Positions 60,541 through 64,000 of a stretch of DNA of 64,000 nt are shown here, one piece after another; the first letter of the stretch is position 1; every line of letters begins with the position of its first letter. The notes below the pieces were generated by a model. The model searched no databases. It saw only the letters and a program-made list of their open reading frames with translations, and was not told the origin of the DNA. The stretch is taken from positions 9,216,001 through 9,280,000 of the forward strand of contig JASGJH010000001.1 in the NCBI GenBank assembly GCA_047601445.1, read 5' to 3'. The translations under genes and the position numbers were made by a program. The stretch comes from Myxococcales bacterium (GTDB taxonomy: Bacteria; Myxococcota_A; Polyangia; Polyangiales; DASUME01).

Positions 60541-60632
60541 GGAAGCACACCGCGCCACGGCCCTCGCATGAGGGCACGACGGACCCGTTTCGAGCGTTGA
60601 TCGAAACGACGAACTTCGGATACCCATGCGGG

Positions 60633-61688
60633 ATGGCGGCTTTTGAGTCCGCGCCACCCATCTTCGCTGAAACCCAAAAGCGCCCAGGCGTCTTCTATGC
60701 GGTGAGCTCCGACGGCGTGGAGCTCCCGATCATCGATGTCACCCATCCTGCTTTCGCGCTGTCTTTCGACGACGAGAAGCAGCGCAGGATGTTGGCGGCT
60801 TACCTGCGAGAGCAATGGCTCGTGGGCCTTGTGCCCGCTGCGCTGCGACGCCGCCTGTACCGCTGGCTGCTGCGCGACTCGTTGCTGGGCCCCGGGATGC
60901 GCCTCGCGGAGGGCGCCTTTCTCAGTGGGATGAGCACGTATTTGTTCAAGCTCGGGCCGGATAACCTCGGACGCGCCTACGCCAAACCCATCGATCGCCG
61001 GGTCGTCGGCAGCTTGCCGGGCGTCGCCATGCGGCTGCGGCTGAGCGACATGGCGAGCTTGCTGGCCGAGCACCTCGGGCCCTTGCTCGCGGCACAACCC
61101 GAAAGGCCGCTGTGTTTGCTCAACATCGCGGGCGGTCCAGCCATGGACACCCTCAACGCGCTGCTCCTGCTCCACAAGCGCGATCCGGGTCTGCTCACCG
61201 GACGGGTGGTGCGCATCGCGTTGCTCGATATGGTGGAGGCCGGACCCCTATTCGGCGCTCGCGCTCTGCGTGCTCTCTCGGTATCCGGCGCACCGCTCCA
61301 CGGTCTCGACATCGGGCTAGAGCCCATCCCCTACGACTGGCACGACACCCGGACGCTCCAGGCCGTGCTCGCGCGCACCCGCGGCGAAGGTGCCTTGGTG
61401 GCTGGCTCGAGCGAGGGCGGGCTCTTCGAATATGGGGACGACCGCGCGGTGCAGGACAACCTCTCGTGCCTGCAGCAGGAGACCCCGGAGGAGTTCGTGA
61501 TGGTCGGCTCGGTTACCAGGGGTGATGCGTCCCTGCGCCGACTGCACGCCCTGCACGGCGTGGCCACGCACCCACGCGGGCTGCCGACCTTCCGTAGGCT
61601 CGTGGAACCCTGTGGTTTTCGGGTGATCCGCGCGATCGAGCGCCCTTTCAGCGACCACGTGGTGCTGGCCCACGCTGCCGATACATAG
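60633..61688 (+). CDS. Hypothetical protein, possible SAM-dependent methyltransferase fold
   Basis: LLNIAGGPA (motif I-like), LLD, SSEGGLFEY; start uncertain. Confidence 0.65.
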   Translation: MAAFESAPPIFAETQKRPGVFYAVSSDGVELPIIDVTHPAFALSFDDEKQRRMLAAYLREQWLVGLVPAALRRRLYRWLLRDSLLGPGMRLAEGAFLSGMSTYLFKLGPDNLGRAYAKPIDRRVVGSLPGVAMRLRLSDMASLLAEHLGPLLAAQPERPLCLLNIAGGPAMDTLNALLLLHKRDPGLLTGRVVRIALLDMVEAGPLFGARALRALSVSGAPLHGLDIGLEPIPYDWHDTRTLQAVLARTRGEGALVAGSSEGGLFEYGDDRAVQDNLSCLQQETPEEFVMVGSVTRGDASLRRLHALHGVATHPRGLPTFRRLVEPCGFRVIRAIERPFSDHVVLAHAADT

Positions 61689-61810
61689 GCAGCTCCCTTA
61701 CCAAACGAGGCCCCCGACCATGGACCGCACCGGCTTTCGTTTAGGCCCGTGAGGTGGATCCAGCACACCCCCCTCGACGCCCCAAAAACCACAAAGTAGG
61801 ATGCCCTGAC

Positions 61811-63214
61811 GTGGTCAGGGTGAAGGCTGAAGCATCGGAACTACCCGTCGGCCAAGTCGTTGGTGGCCGTTACCGAATCGAGTCTTTGCTCGGTTCGGGC
61901 GGGATGGGTGTTCTCTATGTGGCCGAGCACCTGTTTACCCATCGCCGCGTCGCCCTCAAGCTACTTCACCCCGAACGCGGGGACGACCTGGAGCAGCTGC
62001 AGGCTCGCTTCCTCACCGAGGCTCGAACGGCCTCGGCGGTGCGCCATCCTCACGTGGTCGACGTGCTCGATATGGGCACCGACGAAGAGGGCATGTCGTT
62101 CCTGGTGATGGAGCTCCTCGAGGGCTTCTCGCTCGACCGCCTGCTCAAGGCCGAGAAGCAGCTGTCGCCGAGCCAGGCCCTCGCCTGGATCCTGCCCATC
62201 ATGGGGGCGTTGGCGGTGCTGCACGACGCCGGCATCGTGCATCGCGATATCAAGCCATCCAACCTGTTCCTGTGTCAGGCGCCCTCCGGCAAGTTGCATC
62301 CCAAGGTGCTCGATTTCGGGCTGGCGCGGGTGGTCTCGGATTTGCGGCTGACGCGCTCGGGCGTGGTCATCGGGACGCCGCTCTACATGGCGCCCGAGCA
62401 TGCGGGTGGGCTCGACGTGGGGCCGCAGGCCGATGTGTGGTCGTTGGGCGTGGTGCTCTACGAGTGCCTGGCGGGACGCGCCCCCTATCAAGCCAAGGAC
62501 GGACAGGTGCTGGCCGCGCAGGTGCTAGCGGGGCATGTCCAGCCGCTGCACGTGGTGCGTCCGGATCTGCCCACGCCGCTGGCCCACGCGGTGGAGCGCG
62601 CGTTGCGACGCGACCTGGCACTGCGCTACCAGGACATGCGCGACTTCGCCAAGGGACTTCTGGCCGGCGCGCTCGCCAGCGGCATCGAGGTGCCGAGCGA
62701 CCCCGATCCGGTAGGCCTCGCAGGCTTCAGTCAGTGGCTCCCGGGCTTCAGCCAATGGTCTCCCGACGTGCGCTCCACCGCGGCCAGCGGACCGCGCGCA
62801 CTCAAGCAGGAGCCCTCGTCGACGCCCCTGGCGCCAAGCTCGGGCCCCCACGTCACGCTGGGCCGCGCGAGCCGAAATCAATGGATCGCGGTGGTGGCGC
62901 TCTCGGCGTTGCTGCTCGCCGGATTGTCCTACGCGCTCTGGGGGCGGGCCGATTCTCGGCGCAACCCACCTGCGTTCGTTCCTCAGCCGGCTGCCACGCT
63001 ACCGATGCCGGGCCCGGAACCGCGACCCACGGTGGCTCCCCTGCCGCGAGAGGATGGTCTGCCAGAGGTGGTTCCACTGGTGGACAAGGCCGACGAGGCA
63101 GCCGCCAAGTCACGCCGCGAGCGCGAAGGACGTGCTGCGCGCCGTCGCCGGAGCACGCCCGAGGTCAGCGACGACACCAAGCAGGGCATGGACATCGAGA
63201 CCGAATGGAAATGA
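61811..63214 (+). CDS. Ser/Thr protein kinase with TM segment
   Basis: LGSGGMGVLY, VALK, HRDIKPSN, DFG, GTPLYMAPE; start uncertain (61754 or 61811). Confidence 0.93.
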   Translation: MVRVKAEASELPVGQVVGGRYRIESLLGSGGMGVLYVAEHLFTHRRVALKLLHPERGDDLEQLQARFLTEARTASAVRHPHVVDVLDMGTDEEGMSFLVMELLEGFSLDRLLKAEKQLSPSQALAWILPIMGALAVLHDAGIVHRDIKPSNLFLCQAPSGKLHPKVLDFGLARVVSDLRLTRSGVVIGTPLYMAPEHAGGLDVGPQADVWSLGVVLYECLAGRAPYQAKDGQVLAAQVLAGHVQPLHVVRPDLPTPLAHAVERALRRDLALRYQDMRDFAKGLLAGALASGIEVPSDPDPVGLAGFSQWLPGFSQWSPDVRSTAASGPRALKQEPSSTPLAPSSGPHVTLGRASRNQWIAVVALSALLLAGLSYALWGRADSRRNPPAFVPQPAATLPMPGPEPRPTVAPLPREDGLPEVVPLVDKADEAAAKSRREREGRAARRRRSTPEVSDDTKQGMDIETEWK

Positions 63215-63232
63215 TACACTCCGCGCCCCACC

Positions 63233-64000
63233 ATGATCGGGCGTAGTACTTGGTTGATCGCTGCCTTCGTCTCCGTACTCTGGACCCTCTGGGTCGGAGT
63301 CGTCCCCGAGGTGCGCGCGGATGCGAAGGACGAAGCTCGCATTCTCTTCGAGGCGGGCGTCGCCGCGAGTCGCTCGGAGCGCTGGCTCGAGGCCAGTGAG
63401 TACTTCCGCCGGTCGCTCACGTTGGCGGAGAAGCCGAGCACCTGGTTCAACCTGGCCGTCGCCGAGATCAAGCAAGGACACGGCACGGCGGGTCTCAGCG
63501 CGCTCGATGCCTTCGAGCGTTCGGCCAATCCCCGTGACCACGCAGAGATGCTCGGGCGTGTTCCGGCCCTACGCAAGCAGGCTGAAGCGCTGCCCGAACC
63601 GGAGGCGGTCCCTGACACGGAAACCGAACCGAGGGCTGAAGCTCCGGCGCGCGAAGTGCCGCCGAGCGGGCCGCCCTCCGAGGAAGCCAAGCCCGCGCAG
63701 GCGGAGCCAAGCCCGCTTCCCACGGCGCCCAAGCCGGCCAACCTCGGGCCACCACGCAGGTTGCTGGCCGTGGGCGTCGTCACGTTGGCGGCCAGCGCGG
63801 TGATGTTTGGTTGGTGGCGTGGACGCGTGAGCAAACGTGAAAAGTGCGAAGCGGACCTCGCGCGCTGCACCAACCTTTCGGACTTGCAGAGCGAGGAGCG
63901 CGCGACGCTCGGCGTCGGCATCGGTCTCGCTGCAGTGTCGGTGGGGTTGATCGCCGCGGGTGCCACCTGGCTCGTGCGCGAGAAGAGTGATGCGAAGCTC
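63233..64000 (+). CDS. Exported TPR-like protein (3' truncated by the window edge; absent from the ORF track)
   Basis: Manual translation MIGRSTWLIAAFVSVLW...ARILFEAGVAASRSERWLEASEYFRRSL...STWFNLA, Pro-rich linker, hydrophobic segments; open to the window end. Confidence 0.8.
   Translation, partial: MIGRSTWLIAAFVSVLWTLWVGVVPEVRADAKDEARILFEAGVAASRSERWLEASEYFRRSLTLAEKPSTWFNLAVAEIKQGHGTAGLSALDAFERSANPRDHAEMLGRVPALRKQAEALPEPEAVPDTETEPRAEAPAREVPPSGPPSEEAKPAQAEPSPLPTAPKPANLGPPRRLLAVGVVTLAASAVMFGWWRGRVSKREKCEADLARCTNLSDLQSEERATLGVGIGLAAVSVGLIAAGATWLVREKSDAKL

Noticed and set aside
20722..62956. Other AGAATC/GATTCT sites (about 20722, 39533, 62951) as further frameshifts
   Set aside because: The reading frames continue with sensible family sequence, so these appear genuine

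Overview
GC-rich, gene-dense bacterial DNA. The gene content points to Myxococcota (Polyangiales-like; inference): three Hanks-type Ser/Thr kinases, many Cys-rich or GD-repeat lipoproteins, two vWA lipoproteins, TPR-like surface proteins and three ECF sigma factors. About 60 CDS can be supported. They include purT, a eukaryote-like (GH13_8-type) glgB, murA with Asp at the fosfomycin-target Cys position, hisC, an RND pump with a divergent TolC, a TetR-controlled M24/EphD-like/metal-hydrolase operon, and an HTTM (SdpB-like) gene pair. One intact IS3-family element is present (52370-53649, GCT target duplication). I found no rRNA, tRNA or CRISPR array. Two observations stand out. (1) An unannotated, highly structured intergenic element of about 270-340 bp occurs three times: two copies as an inverted pair and one next to the IS3. 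It shows compensatory base changes and a conserved GNRA-capped hairpin. (2) All four frameshifted genes are repaired by deleting one base from the same hexamer (GATTCT back to GATCT), most likely a sequencing footprint of a motif-specific DNA modification. Product calls come from motif recognition by eye, not database searches, and many start codons are best guesses.
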